From contig CAZYTL010000001.1 in assembly GCA_964650355.1 (NCBI GenBank), positions 85,552-149,551 on the forward strand: a DNA stretch of 64,000 nt, given 5' to 3'. The notes under the pieces were generated by a model. It ran no database searches. It was given only the letters and a program-made list of their open reading frames with translations, and was not told where the DNA came from. The number at the start of each line of letters is the position of its first letter. The first letter of the stretch is position 1. The translations under genes and the position numbers were made by a program. Positions 38,095-48,325 of this stretch are shown here, in pieces. This DNA is from an uncultured Gammaproteobacteria bacterium (GTDB lineage Bacteria; Patescibacteriota; Microgenomatia; CAYXHB01; CAZYTL01).

Positions 38095-38535
38095 TTGAAT
38101 AAAAAACTACTGGTTACCCTTCTCGGCGTCGCCGTTTTAGCTTTGGTAGCTACAGTCGGACTCAAAACCGTGCGGGCAGACGACAGCACTACTAATTACC
38201 CACCCCTTATCCAAAAACTAGCCGAGAAATTTAATCTCAATCAAGACGAGGTGCAAGGTGTTTTTAACGATATGCAACAGGAACGCTTGCAAACCATGCA
38301 ACAATTAAGAGAGCAAAAATTGGAGCAAGCAGTTACTGACGGAGTCATCACCAACGATCAGAAACAAGCCCTGCTCACCAAATGGTCTGAAATGGAACAA
38401 GCCAGAGAAAAGCAAAGACAGGAAATGCAGACCTGGTTTCAACAGCAAGGCATTGACCAAACTAAGCTAACACCTTATCTGGGCTTCGGTCACCACGGCG
38501 GATTCGAACACATGGGCATGATGGGCTGGAAATAA
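38095..38535 (+). CDS. Secreted Gln-rich hypothetical protein
   Basis: Signal peptide, then a Q/E-rich helical region. Confidence 0.45.
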   Translation: MNKKLLVTLLGVAVLALVATVGLKTVRADDSTTNYPPLIQKLAEKFNLNQDEVQGVFNDMQQERLQTMQQLREQKLEQAVTDGVITNDQKQALLTKWSEMEQAREKQRQEMQTWFQQQGIDQTKLTPYLGFGHHGGFEHMGMMGWK

Positions 38536-38563
38536 ACCGGCAATATCCCTCAATCCCTCATCA

Positions 38564-38600
38564 CCAGGCACTCCTTAACTTCAGGAGTGCCTGGATTTTT
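38564..38600 (+). terminator. Rho-independent terminator
   Basis: ccaggcactcc-ttaacttca-ggagtgcctgg + ttttt. Confidence 0.7.
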
Positions 38601-38610
38601 CCCTCAGAAG

Positions 38611-39267
38611 TTAATCTTCAGAGACTGCAGCTTCAATTACCAGATAAGGGTTTTTAATCAATACATACGGGTTGTCAGGCCCGGGGGGCAGGTCAAAATT
38701 TGTGCCGATTTCTAAATCTGGTGTTGTTCGCCAATTCTTTTCGGGTATATGCATCACTTCCTGGTTGATAATTTTCAGACCGCATTTGGGGAACAAATCA
38801 ACCAGTTGATCTGCGCTGAGCACTTTTTCGCCCGTGTCGGTGGCATCATTTTCCCAATAATCAGTCACGACTACAATTTTACCACCGGGTTTGGTGATCC
38901 GTTTTAATTCCCTCAAAGCTTGCTCAGGATCATCAGCCAGCGGCAATACATTAGCACTAAATGCCATATCCACAGACTGATCCTCTATTCCTGTCTCTTG
39001 CTGGTCCGCCAGCAACCGGTCTTCGATACCATACTCAGCCACTTTGTTTATCATCTCAGCATATTTATTGACAGCAATTACATGAGCCTGGCGAACTTGT
39101 TGTAAATATTGGGAATCAGGCCCTTCAGCTCCGATCTCCGCCACTGTCAAACCCGGTTTAAATGCCACCTGGTCCAGAACTGAATGCCAGGATCTCTGGG
39201 GAAATTTTTCCATTCTAAATGTCACGTGGGCGGGAATCTTGTTCATAGGTTCGAATAAGTTTAGCAC
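38611..39267 (-). CDS. Putative class I SAM-dependent methyltransferase
   Basis: VAEIGAEG (motif I-like), VDMAFSANVL (motif II) and LKPGGKIVVV (motif III). Confidence 0.55.
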   Translation of the reverse strand: MLNLFEPMNKIPAHVTFRMEKFPQRSWHSVLDQVAFKPGLTVAEIGAEGPDSQYLQQVRQAHVIAVNKYAEMINKVAEYGIEDRLLADQQETGIEDQSVDMAFSANVLPLADDPEQALRELKRITKPGGKIVVVTDYWENDATDTGEKVLSADQLVDLFPKCGLKIINQEVMHIPEKNWRTTPDLEIGTNFDLPPGPDNPYVLIKNPYLVIEAAVSED

Positions 39268-39351
39268 GATTTCTCCTTAAGGTTCACCCATCCGGTTGTT
39301 CCTTAGTTCCTCTCAGTATTTTCTCAGCCTTATTAGCTAGCTTGGAAAGAC

Positions 39352-40464
39352 ATGTCATTAAAAGTTAAACTGGTGGCTCTGTTTCTCATCCTCTTGGGCG
39401 GTGGCTATGCAATTTGGCGCTTCTCAATCTTCAGGCCAGCTTCGTCAAAGTCTTCGTTATCAACTACTGAATCTACGATAGGGGAGTCAGCTGATGATCT
39501 TCAGGAGGACCAAGGAGGTCTGCTGATTGATCAAAATCCCTTATCAATACCTTATATGCGCCAACAACAATATCCAGGTAGTGATCTGGTGATCGAGCAG
39601 ACCTTGAATCCCGGCACTAACTACCAGCGCTACATCGTGTCGTATAAATCGGAAGGACTCAAACAGTTCGCCATGTTAACCGTTCCTGACGGCACCCCAC
39701 CTTCGTCAGGTTGGCCCGCCATCGTTTTTAATCACGGCTATATCCCTCCAGATCAGTACCGCACCACCGAACGTTACGTGGCTTACGTTGATGGTTTTGC
39801 CGGTCAGGGCTACGTGGTGCTTAAACCTGATTACCGTGGCCATGGCAATTCCGAGGGCCAGGCCGTAGGCGGCTATGGTTCACCGGCTTATACCATTGAT
39901 GTCTTAAACGCCTTTTCCTCTTTACAAAAGTATCCCGGAGTCGATCCTCAGCGCATCGGCATGTGGGGCCATTCCATGGGCGGATCCATTACCCTCAGAG
40001 CCATGGTCATCACCCCGGACATCAAAGCCGGGGTGATTTGGTCCGGTGTAGTCGGATCTTACCCTGATCTGATCAACAACTGGCACCATCATCCCACTCC
40101 CACCCAGATACCCACCAGTAGCCTAACTAATAACAACCAGGATTGGTCAGGCAGACGCCGCTGGCGGGACACTTTAATCGATCAGTACGGTCCGCCCACC
40201 GAAGATTCAGAATTCTGGCAATCCATTTCTCCCACCGCCTACCTGCAGGACATTTCCGGACCATTACAACTGCATCATGCCACCGGTGATACTTCAGTTC
40301 CAGTGGAATTCTCTCGGTCCCTGCAAACCCGCATGCAAGCAGTAGGCAAACCTTCGGAACTCTATATTTACCAAGGTGACAATCACAACCTGTCCCAAAA
40401 TTTCTCTCTGGCCATGCAAAGATCAGTTGCCTTCTTTGATAAATATTTAAAAAGTGTAGAATAA
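39352..40464 (+). CDS. Secreted alpha/beta hydrolase (S9 prolyl-oligopeptidase/esterase-like)
   Basis: N-terminal TM, nucleophile elbow GHSMGG, later D (HATGDTSVP) and H (GDNHN). Confidence 0.7.
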   Translation: MSLKVKLVALFLILLGGGYAIWRFSIFRPASSKSSLSTTESTIGESADDLQEDQGGLLIDQNPLSIPYMRQQQYPGSDLVIEQTLNPGTNYQRYIVSYKSEGLKQFAMLTVPDGTPPSSGWPAIVFNHGYIPPDQYRTTERYVAYVDGFAGQGYVVLKPDYRGHGNSEGQAVGGYGSPAYTIDVLNAFSSLQKYPGVDPQRIGMWGHSMGGSITLRAMVITPDIKAGVIWSGVVGSYPDLINNWHHHPTPTQIPTSSLTNNNQDWSGRRRWRDTLIDQYGPPTEDSEFWQSISPTAYLQDISGPLQLHHATGDTSVPVEFSRSLQTRMQAVGKPSELYIYQGDNHNLSQNFSLAMQRSVAFFDKYLKSVE

Positions 40465-40521
40465 AACTAGATACCGGCCTTTCTCAGTCTTCTCTCAGTT
40501 TGAATTAATACTATTGTTACA

Positions 40522-41787
40522 ATGGCTGAAAATATGGGTCTTACTCCTGAACAAAGTTCAAGGATTTTAAGCAAATTAAAAAGTCTGGTCAATAGCCGCA
40601 AGAAGATGGCGGCTTTAATCGTGATTCTCATTGTGGCCGGCTATCTGGGATGGCGCCGATTCAGTTCTCAGGAACAAACTCCTCAATACCAAACTGCCAC
40701 CGTAGAAAAAGGTACTATTGTTTCTTCGATCACTGCTTCAGGCAACGTGCTGGTTTCCAATATTCAGAAAATCAACACCCAAGCTTCGGGCATGGTCAAA
40801 AAGGTTTACGTTCAAAATGGCGATCAGGTTAAACAAGGACAAACCTTAGTTGATGTTCAGCTGGATACCCAAGGAGCCCAAAGCCAAGCCCAAGCCTATG
40901 CCTCGTACCTGAGTGCCAAGTCCAGCCTGGAATCTGCCAAAGCTACCGAATATACTCTTAACTCCTCTATGTGGGTCGCTAACCAGAAATTTATTAATGA
41001 CGCTCTTGATAGGGGACTGGCTGACACAGATCCCACTTACATCGAAGAGAGTTCGGATTGGCTAGCCGCGGAAGCCAAATACAAAAACCAACAACAAGTA
41101 GTGGCCCAGGCTCAAGTGTCTTTAAACAACGCCTGGCTCAGCTACCAATCTACCCGGGCTACCATTACCGCGCCTGTGGCCGGCACCGTTACCGGACTGA
41201 GTGTGGCAGAAGGCATGCAGATCGGCTCCACCGATTCCAGCACAGGCAACCGCCTTTCTCAACAGGTAGCTGCCATCTCTATCGGCGGTACTCCTTTGAT
41301 CTCCCTTAACGTGAATGAGATAGACGTACCCAGAGTGGAATCAGGCCAGAAAGTCACATTAACCCTGGATAGTATTCCGGATTCCACTTTTACCGGCCAG
41401 GTCGCCAGCGTGGATAAACTCGGCAGCATCAGCAGCGGAGTGACCTCTTACCCGGTAGTCGTCAAATTAGACACCAACGCGCCCCAGATCTTACCTAACA
41501 TGAGCGTATCCGGCAACATTATCGTCGCTTCTAAAAGTGATGTGTTGATCGTTCCTTCAGGCGCTGTTCAGGAACAAAACGGCCAGTCATATGTCAGAGT
41601 GCTTAACAACGGCCAGGTGACCAACGCTCCAGTGGAAACCGGATTGACTTCAGATACCCAAACTGAAATTGTTTCCGGGGTGACGGAAGGTGAACAAGTG
41701 GTTACCAATATCTCGTCTTCTACGCAAAATGGCCAATCTCCTTTTGGCGGCGGTGGTTTCGGTGGCGGATTCAGAGTTCTTCGTTAA
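40522..41787 (+). CDS. HlyD/MacA-type periplasmic adaptor (membrane fusion protein)
   Basis: TM, lipoyl-like TLVDV hairpin, coiled-coil, beta-barrel region. Confidence 0.8.
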   Translation: MAENMGLTPEQSSRILSKLKSLVNSRKKMAALIVILIVAGYLGWRRFSSQEQTPQYQTATVEKGTIVSSITASGNVLVSNIQKINTQASGMVKKVYVQNGDQVKQGQTLVDVQLDTQGAQSQAQAYASYLSAKSSLESAKATEYTLNSSMWVANQKFINDALDRGLADTDPTYIEESSDWLAAEAKYKNQQQVVAQAQVSLNNAWLSYQSTRATITAPVAGTVTGLSVAEGMQIGSTDSSTGNRLSQQVAAISIGGTPLISLNVNEIDVPRVESGQKVTLTLDSIPDSTFTGQVASVDKLGSISSGVTSYPVVVKLDTNAPQILPNMSVSGNIIVASKSDVLIVPSGAVQEQNGQSYVRVLNNGQVTNAPVETGLTSDTQTEIVSGVTEGEQVVTNISSSTQNGQSPFGGGGFGGGFRVLR

Positions 41788-41885
41788 ACATCACCATTCT
41801 CATCGGATCCACTGTTTACCCCATCCGCAACTCTGGGAATCTTAACTCAGCAATCAAAATCTCCAATTATTTATCTTAATTAAAT

Positions 41886-42605
41886 ATGCCCAAACAAATC
41901 ATCCAAATCAGAGACGTGACTAAAATCTATCGTACCGGTACTGTAGAAACCGTGGCATTGAGAGACGTGACTTTTGAGATCAACAAAGGCGAGTTTGTGG
42001 CCATTATGGGTCCGTCCGGATCAGGAAAATCAACCCTCATGCATATCATGGGCGCCTTGGATAAACCCACCAGCGGAGAGTACTTTTTGGACGGAGTCAA
42101 AGTCGAGACCTTAAATGACGACCAGTTAGCCGAAATCAGGAACCAGAAAATCGGCTTTGTCTTTCAGGCTTACAATTTGCTGCCCAGAACTACCGCCTTA
42201 AAAAACGTTATGCTGCCCATGATGTACGCGGACATTTCTCATGAACAAAGGATTAACAAAGCCAAAGACCTGCTTGATGCGGTTGGTTTGAGCGACCGCA
42301 TGGAACACACTTCCAACCAGCTCTCCGGAGGCCAACAACAGCGGGTGGCGATTGCCAGATCTCTGGCAATGGATCCCAGCATTGTGTTGGCTGACGAACC
42401 CACCGGCAATATCGCCACTAAACAGGCGGAAGAAATCATGGAGGTTTTTCAGGATCTTAACCAGCGGGGCCATACCATTGTCATGATCACTCATGATTCA
42501 GAAATTGCTGAATTTGCCAGAAGAATAATTCACATCCGCGACGGCAAATTAGTCAAAGACCATCATAACGGCAAACAAAAACAAGCCCAAAAACGTCCTC
42601 ATTGA
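41886..42605 (+). CDS. ABC transporter ATP-binding protein (MacB/LolD-like)
   Basis: Walker A GPSGSGKST, signature LSGGQQQRVAIARSL, Walker B VLADEPTG. Confidence 0.9.
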   Translation: MPKQIIQIRDVTKIYRTGTVETVALRDVTFEINKGEFVAIMGPSGSGKSTLMHIMGALDKPTSGEYFLDGVKVETLNDDQLAEIRNQKIGFVFQAYNLLPRTTALKNVMLPMMYADISHEQRINKAKDLLDAVGLSDRMEHTSNQLSGGQQQRVAIARSLAMDPSIVLADEPTGNIATKQAEEIMEVFQDLNQRGHTIVMITHDSEIAEFARRIIHIRDGKLVKDHHNGKQKQAQKRPH

Positions 42606-42637
42606 TATTTACGTCCAATTAAAATTTTATCCATCTT

Positions 42638-43861
42638 ATGGACTACAAAGAATTGCTTTCCGAAAGCTTTTCCACTCTTAATCTGAATAAAATCAGAACT
42701 GGCCTGGCCATGCTGGGCGTGATCATCGGCATTGGCAGCGTAATTGCTCTAATCTCCCTGGGCCAAGCCTCTCAGCTATCTGTCGAAAATCAGATTAAAT
42801 CCTTAGGGTCAAACTTATTAACAGTTTCTCCCGGGTCGCAGTCTAACCGAGGCATTCGGGAAGCCCCCGGCAGCATTCAAACCCTCACTTATCAGGATGC
42901 CCAGGCTATCATGAGTTCCCCCAATGTGACCACCGTTCAAAACGTGTCAGCTGAATATAATAGCCGGGCACAAATCGTAGCCGGCAGAAACAACACCAAT
43001 ACCCAGGTAATCGGCACTACTCCCAGCTACACATCAATTCACAATTTGAATATTGCCCAAGGCACTTTCTTTAGCCAATCCCAGCTTAATGGCATTTCTC
43101 AAGTGGCAGTGATTGGCCCCACCGTGGCTGAAGATCTGTTCGGATCAGCCACCAATGGGCTGGGTAGTTCCATCAGGATTGATCAACAACCCTTTACTGT
43201 CATTGGCATCACCGAAGCCAAGGGCGGCACCGGGTTTCAGAACCAGGATGATCGGGTATATATTCCGCTCACTACAGCCCAGAAATTACTCTTCGGAGTC
43301 GATTATGTCAGCGACATTTCTGTGGAAGCCCAAAGCGCTTCGGTCATGACCGAAGCCCAAAATCAAATCGGCTATCTTCTACTGCAACGACATCATCTCA
43401 AAGATCCCACCCAGGCTGACTTCTCCATTTTTTCTCAGGAAGACCTCTTGGGTACGATTAGTCAGGTTACCGGTACCTTTACTACATTGCTGTCCGGGAT
43501 TGCCGCCATCTCTTTGGTGGTGGGAGGCATAGGTATCATGAACATCATGTTGGTCACAGTGACCGAACGCACCAGGGAGATCGGTCTTCGCAAAGCTCTG
43601 GGGGCGAAAAAGAAATGGATCGTGGCTCAATTTCTCACCGAAGCCGTGATCATTACCTTTATCGGCGGAGTCATCGGAGTGTTATTGGGTGTAGGGATTT
43701 CCTATTTACTCACCAGAATTATGAGCCTGCCGTTTACTATCGCGCCGACTTCAGTGCTGCTTGCCTTTGGTGTATCAGCCGTCATCGGCATTCTCTTCGG
43801 CTGGTATCCCGCCCGCAAAGCCGCCAATTTGCAGCCTATTGAAGCCCTAAGATACGAATAA
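42638..43861 (+). CDS. ABC transporter permease, FtsX/MacB-type
   Basis: N-terminal TM, large periplasmic domain, 3 C-terminal TM helices with a TEAV...G motif. Confidence 0.85.
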   Translation: MDYKELLSESFSTLNLNKIRTGLAMLGVIIGIGSVIALISLGQASQLSVENQIKSLGSNLLTVSPGSQSNRGIREAPGSIQTLTYQDAQAIMSSPNVTTVQNVSAEYNSRAQIVAGRNNTNTQVIGTTPSYTSIHNLNIAQGTFFSQSQLNGISQVAVIGPTVAEDLFGSATNGLGSSIRIDQQPFTVIGITEAKGGTGFQNQDDRVYIPLTTAQKLLFGVDYVSDISVEAQSASVMTEAQNQIGYLLLQRHHLKDPTQADFSIFSQEDLLGTISQVTGTFTTLLSGIAAISLVVGGIGIMNIMLVTVTERTREIGLRKALGAKKKWIVAQFLTEAVIITFIGGVIGVLLGVGISYLLTRIMSLPFTIAPTSVLLAFGVSAVIGILFGWYPARKAANLQPIEALRYE

Positions 43862-43894
43862 ATCGTCTCAAGTTAAAAAGTTAACAGTTAGGAG

Positions 43895-44371
43895 GTGAAT
43901 AACATGAAAAACACCATTATTATTGCCGTTATCGTCGCAGTCGTTTTCGGAGCCGGAGGATTCTTCGGCGGTATGCAGTATCAGAAATCCCAACGGCCGA
44001 GTTTCGGAAATGGCAATTTTCAATTTCAGGGCAATGGTCAAGGCAATCGGAATTTTTCCAGGTCAGGTGGTCAATCCGGCCAAGCAAACCAATTTCAACG
44101 CGGAAATGGCGGAGGTCGGGTAGCGGGAGAAATCCTCAGCATTGACAACAACACCATGACAGTAAAAATGCCTGATGGAAGCAGCAAAATTGTTATCCTT
44201 TCCGACACTACCCAATACACCCAATCTTCCCAAGGCTCGCAAAGCGATCTGCAGGTGGGTCAACAAGTAGGAGTTTTCGGAGTCACCAACTCTGACGGCA
44301 GTGTTACTGCCCAGGATGTGCAAATCAACCCTGCCTTTAGACTCAATCCCAGTGGCGCGCCTCAACAGTAA
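43895..44371 (+). CDS. Secreted low-complexity (G/N/Q-rich) hypothetical protein
   Basis: Signal anchor, then GNGQGNRNF-type repeats. Confidence 0.45.
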   Translation: MNNMKNTIIIAVIVAVVFGAGGFFGGMQYQKSQRPSFGNGNFQFQGNGQGNRNFSRSGGQSGQANQFQRGNGGGRVAGEILSIDNNTMTVKMPDGSSKIVILSDTTQYTQSSQGSQSDLQVGQQVGVFGVTNSDGSVTAQDVQINPAFRLNPSGAPQQ

Positions 44372-44377
44372 AAATGG

Positions 44378-45874
44378 TTAAAACTCCATCACTGTTTCTG
44401 TACCCGCGGTTTTCCTTTTTGTTTTGATAAACAGCGCGGCAAACCCGCCCACAATCATAAAAAAGATTGCTGTGCGGAATACCGTGGCAAAAGACACAAT
44501 GTTGGCTTTGATTACCATTAATCCCATCAGTTGCTGCATTACCAGAAGTGACGAGGTATTCACACTGGAAAATCTCTGAATTGCCATTAAATTGGACGTC
44601 AGGCTATCAGTTAAAATCGTGGCAAAAATCGCTACCCCGAACGCTCCTGAAATATTCCTGGCCAGAGCCAGCACTGAAGAGGCAATCCCCACTTCTTCCA
44701 TCGGCACGGTGGAAGTGGCCGCGTTAGTCAGCGGCGCCATTCCCAGTCCCAAACCGGCTGCAAACAGAGCCATCCGCCAGGCAATGTCAAACCCGGTCCA
44801 CTTAATATCAATTCCTGTAAACAGCCACATCACCATCGCGGCCCAAAACATCCCGAATGAGGTCAAGAACCTGGGCTCAATCTTCGCTGACAATCTACCC
44901 CCCAAGGGCGCGGCAATCATCATCCCCAAAGCCATGGGAATAAATAACAGGCCGGTCTTGGTAACGGAAAAACCCAAATAATTCTGGATGAAAATCGGCA
45001 AAGCAAACATTCCTCCCATCATGCCCATAAAAGAAATAAAAGAAGTTACAATGGCTGCAGAAAAAGCCGGAATCCTGAAAAATTTCAAATCCACCACAGG
45101 TTCTTTGGCTTTAATTTCCGTTAATACGAACCAAATCATGGCCGCGCTGGACACCAAGTATGTAATCAGACTCTTGGTACTTAACCAACCCCAGCTTCGC
45201 CCTTGGTCTAAGACCAACACCAGACTGGCCAATGAAATGCCCAGTAGTAGGGCTCCTTCGATGTCAAAATTCTTTAATCCTCTGGTTTTTGATACCGGTT
45301 CCTTGATGAAGGTTAAAGCCATGATTGTGCCCACTATTCCGATCGGTACATTAACGTAAAATACTGAGCGCCAGGAAAAATGGTCAATCAGCGGTCCCCC
45401 GATCAAAGGTCCGAATACTATCGCCGCCGCAAAAATCGCTGACCACAATCCCATGGCCTGGGCGCGACGGTCTTCGTCCTTAAACGTAAACGCGATAATT
45501 GACAAAGCGATCGGGTAATCAATCGATACGGTAATGGCCTGTAAAACCCGGAAAATAATTAAAGATTCGAAATTAAAAGATAAACCAGCCAACATGGATG
45601 AAATCACGAATCCCACAATTCCGAAAATATACAATGGTTTGCGGCCAATCAGATCGCCCAATTTCCCGAAAATAGGCACGAAGATCGCATTGGCGATAAT
45701 ATATGCAGTGGAAATCCAACCTGCTTGGGACACAGTAATCCCAAAATCAGTAATGATTTTGGGTAAGGCTAAATTTACGATCGTGCCGTCCAGCCTGCCT
45801 AGGAAACTGGCCACCATCACCGTGATCAATACCATCCAGGAATTAGTATTATTCTGAGAAGCCTTCTTTACCAT
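44378..45874 (-). CDS. MFS transporter, DHA2 (EmrB/QacA) family, 14 TM
   Basis: GRLDGTIVNLALP, GKLGDLIGRK and 14 hydrophobic segments. Confidence 0.85.
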   Translation of the reverse strand: MVKKASQNNTNSWMVLITVMVASFLGRLDGTIVNLALPKIITDFGITVSQAGWISTAYIIANAIFVPIFGKLGDLIGRKPLYIFGIVGFVISSMLAGLSFNFESLIIFRVLQAITVSIDYPIALSIIAFTFKDEDRRAQAMGLWSAIFAAAIVFGPLIGGPLIDHFSWRSVFYVNVPIGIVGTIMALTFIKEPVSKTRGLKNFDIEGALLLGISLASLVLVLDQGRSWGWLSTKSLITYLVSSAAMIWFVLTEIKAKEPVVDLKFFRIPAFSAAIVTSFISFMGMMGGMFALPIFIQNYLGFSVTKTGLLFIPMALGMMIAAPLGGRLSAKIEPRFLTSFGMFWAAMVMWLFTGIDIKWTGFDIAWRMALFAAGLGLGMAPLTNAATSTVPMEEVGIASSVLALARNISGAFGVAIFATILTDSLTSNLMAIQRFSSVNTSSLLVMQQLMGLMVIKANIVSFATVFRTAIFFMIVGGFAALFIKTKRKTAGTETVMEF

Positions 45875-45965
45875 AGAGAAGATAATTGAGGATAAACAAA
45901 TTTCTAGTGACTACTAATCACCCCACGCAGTATGCGACACTAAAAGAATTTGAATAAACAGTGCC

Positions 45966-46604
45966 TTAGGAGTTATTCAAATAAACAGTCATTTTTGCCG
46001 ACATCCCATTCTTGATCTGAGGAAAATTCACGGCGTCAAATTTGGCATACACATCAAACTGCTGCGTTGGCCTTTCGCTGGAAATGGAAAAAGCCACCTG
46101 AGTTTGTCTGGCTGTCTGGCCGACTTCATCCACGTACCCCCAAAATGTCTGTCCTGGTAAGGCATCTATGGTAAAAGCCACCACCTGACCGGGTCTTATT
46201 TTATTCAAACCTCTATTTTCATCTAACACACCGTCTATTCTGGTTAACGATGGATTAACCATTTTTATCACTGGTACACCCGGAGACATTAAACCGCCGA
46301 CCTGCTGATTAGTTTCAATGATCATGCCGTCTGTAGCGGCCCGGATTACTTCTGTACCCACGATTGCTAATTGATCACCCTTTTTAACTGTTTCCCCTTC
46401 AACAACGTCCACCTCTTTTAGTGTCCCGCCAGTGGTCGCTGACAGACTGATAATCGGTGTGTTCACTGTCGAATTCTCAATCGAAATCCGGTTAGCAGTA
46501 GACAAATAATAATAAGCGCCAGCTGCCACCATCATCACAGCCACTACCACAGCTAAAATTCTGAGCAGCTGTTGATTCTTAATAATTTTGGATAACTTTT
46601 CCAT
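45966..46604 (-). CDS. HlyD-family secretion adaptor (short, EmrA-like)
   Basis: N-terminal TM plus beta-barrel/lipoyl motifs. Upstream of emrB-like gene. Confidence 0.65.
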   Translation of the reverse strand: MEKLSKIIKNQQLLRILAVVVAVMMVAAGAYYYLSTANRISIENSTVNTPIISLSATTGGTLKEVDVVEGETVKKGDQLAIVGTEVIRAATDGMIIETNQQVGGLMSPGVPVIKMVNPSLTRIDGVLDENRGLNKIRPGQVVAFTIDALPGQTFWGYVDEVGQTARQTQVAFSISSERPTQQFDVYAKFDAVNFPQIKNGMSAKMTVYLNNS

Positions 46605-46621
46605 AACCTTAAAAACTTACT

Positions 46622-47722
46622 TTAATAAATTAAATAGTCATGATTAATCAAATTTTCTGGTTCGGTAATTAACTGGTCGTTTTCAGATATCCCACTCAAA
46701 ATTTCAGTATATTGACCGTTGACTTGCCCGGTTTCTACCAATTTTAATACCGGTTTACCGTCTTCCATTACCCACACCTGATTACCTCCCAAAACCAGCC
46801 ATGAAGGCACCAGGGTGACCGGTTGCTCGGAATTAATGTTAATTGTAGCCACACCCCCTTGCTGATAATTCAGATCAGCAGTGAATTGGTCGCTGGCAAC
46901 ATCCACTTGATAGACATTTTCCCCAGTAGGCAGAGTCATTCGCTCAGGATAGATCTTAATCACCGTACCCTGATAGTTAGTCTTTTCTTGCCCGTTAAGT
47001 TTCACGGTCGCTGCTAATCCGGTTTGCATGTAAGGCATGTCCTCTTCTGCTATCTGAGCGCGGAAAATATATGTCTGCGGGTCAACAATGATAAAGGACG
47101 CCTGCGGACTGACAATTAGATTGGGAGTATTCACGTCCTGATGAATCAGTACTCCATTGATTGGTGAGGTGAGAGTTGCCAACGTATAAGCGTAATGGGC
47201 CAACTCCACCTGGATCACCGAATTGTCCAGCGTAGCTTGAGATTGGTCCAGAATTCTTTTTACCGCATTATTAATCGCCACATCCTTTTCACTGCCGCCC
47301 AGGTATGCTTGTTTATAAAGGTCATAGGGATATGTTTGTTGTGCCCGCAAGATGTTATTCTGGTTGTTTTCCTGCATCTGATCAAAAGTATCCCGGGCTG
47401 ACCGATAAGTATTTAAAGCGGCCTGGAGTTGCCTTTGAATCGTATAAGTATCCAGTGAAGCCACGGTTTGCCCTTTGTATACCTTGTCTCCTTCTTTAAA
47501 CCCTAAATAGGTTAACTTGCCCCCTGTAGCAAAATGCAGATTCGCTTCGTTTTGAGAACGAATATTTCCTTTGGCCAAAATCTGGTTGCTGATCTGCTTG
47601 GGCTGCACGGTTTCTGTAGTGATATTCACACTTCTGATCCGGCTGATACCCACCACCAGACCCGTAGCCAACAATGCTAAAAATAAAAGTGTCTTAGCAA
47701 AAAATCCCACAATTTTTTTCAT
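46622..47722 (-). CDS. HlyD/efflux periplasmic adaptor (EmrA-like)
   Basis: TM, lipoyl hairpin (GQTVASLD), coiled-coil, beta-barrel. Confidence 0.7.
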   Translation of the reverse strand: MKKIVGFFAKTLLFLALLATGLVVGISRIRSVNITTETVQPKQISNQILAKGNIRSQNEANLHFATGGKLTYLGFKEGDKVYKGQTVASLDTYTIQRQLQAALNTYRSARDTFDQMQENNQNNILRAQQTYPYDLYKQAYLGGSEKDVAINNAVKRILDQSQATLDNSVIQVELAHYAYTLATLTSPINGVLIHQDVNTPNLIVSPQASFIIVDPQTYIFRAQIAEEDMPYMQTGLAATVKLNGQEKTNYQGTVIKIYPERMTLPTGENVYQVDVASDQFTADLNYQQGGVATININSEQPVTLVPSWLVLGGNQVWVMEDGKPVLKLVETGQVNGQYTEILSGISENDQLITEPENLINHDYLIY

Positions 47723-48162
47723 TATTTTTCCTCCTTTTCCGTATTGAGATGCTCATACAGTTTGTGCAGAATCGCCAGTAAATTTTTCTGTTCCTGCGGT
47801 TCCAGATAATTAAGGTATTTTTTTAAACGCTTGGTTTTCAGATCGATCGATTGTCTCATCATCTGCTCTCCTTCGTCAGTGATTTTGACATAGATTTTGC
47901 GTCTGTCTTGGCTTCCCGTCATTCTGGTAACTAATCCGGACGATTCCAATCTATCGATCAGTAAAGTTGCGGTCGGCAGTTTAATTCTCAATTTGTCTGC
48001 AATTTCACTGGTGGTCAGCCCGACACTATTCAATAGCATCAAAGTCCTCATTTGTAAAGGGCTTAACTCATCGTCTAAACGATGTCGCTCGTCTCTGAGT
48101 AATCTGCCAACTTTGTAAGCCAAAAAAATAATTTGTTCGGCCCGGTCTCTGGGTTTAAACAT
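47722..48162 (-). CDS. MarR-family transcriptional regulator
   Basis: wHTH LSPLQMRTLMLL...TSEIADKLRIKLPTATLLIDRLE. Confidence 0.85.
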   Translation of the reverse strand: MFKPRDRAEQIIFLAYKVGRLLRDERHRLDDELSPLQMRTLMLLNSVGLTTSEIADKLRIKLPTATLLIDRLESSGLVTRMTGSQDRRKIYVKITDEGEQMMRQSIDLKTKRLKKYLNYLEPQEQKNLLAILHKLYEHLNTEKEEK

Positions 48163-48325
48163 AAAATTTATACATAGAATTATTAGCAGAGCTAAATATT
48201 AGCATGACAAATCAAATCTGTCAAATGAACCATAGATTTGTTCAAACACTATTATTAAATTGAATACCGAGTTATAATACTATGTCTACCTCACTTAACA
48301 ACGGACTACCCAAGACTTAATCTTT

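Noticed and set aside
38564-38600. CUCC/GGAG-containing hairpin as a fifth regulatory leader
   Set aside because: It lies directly after the stop of 38095..38535 with no downstream gene on that strand and no upstream arm copy, so it is an ordinary terminator.
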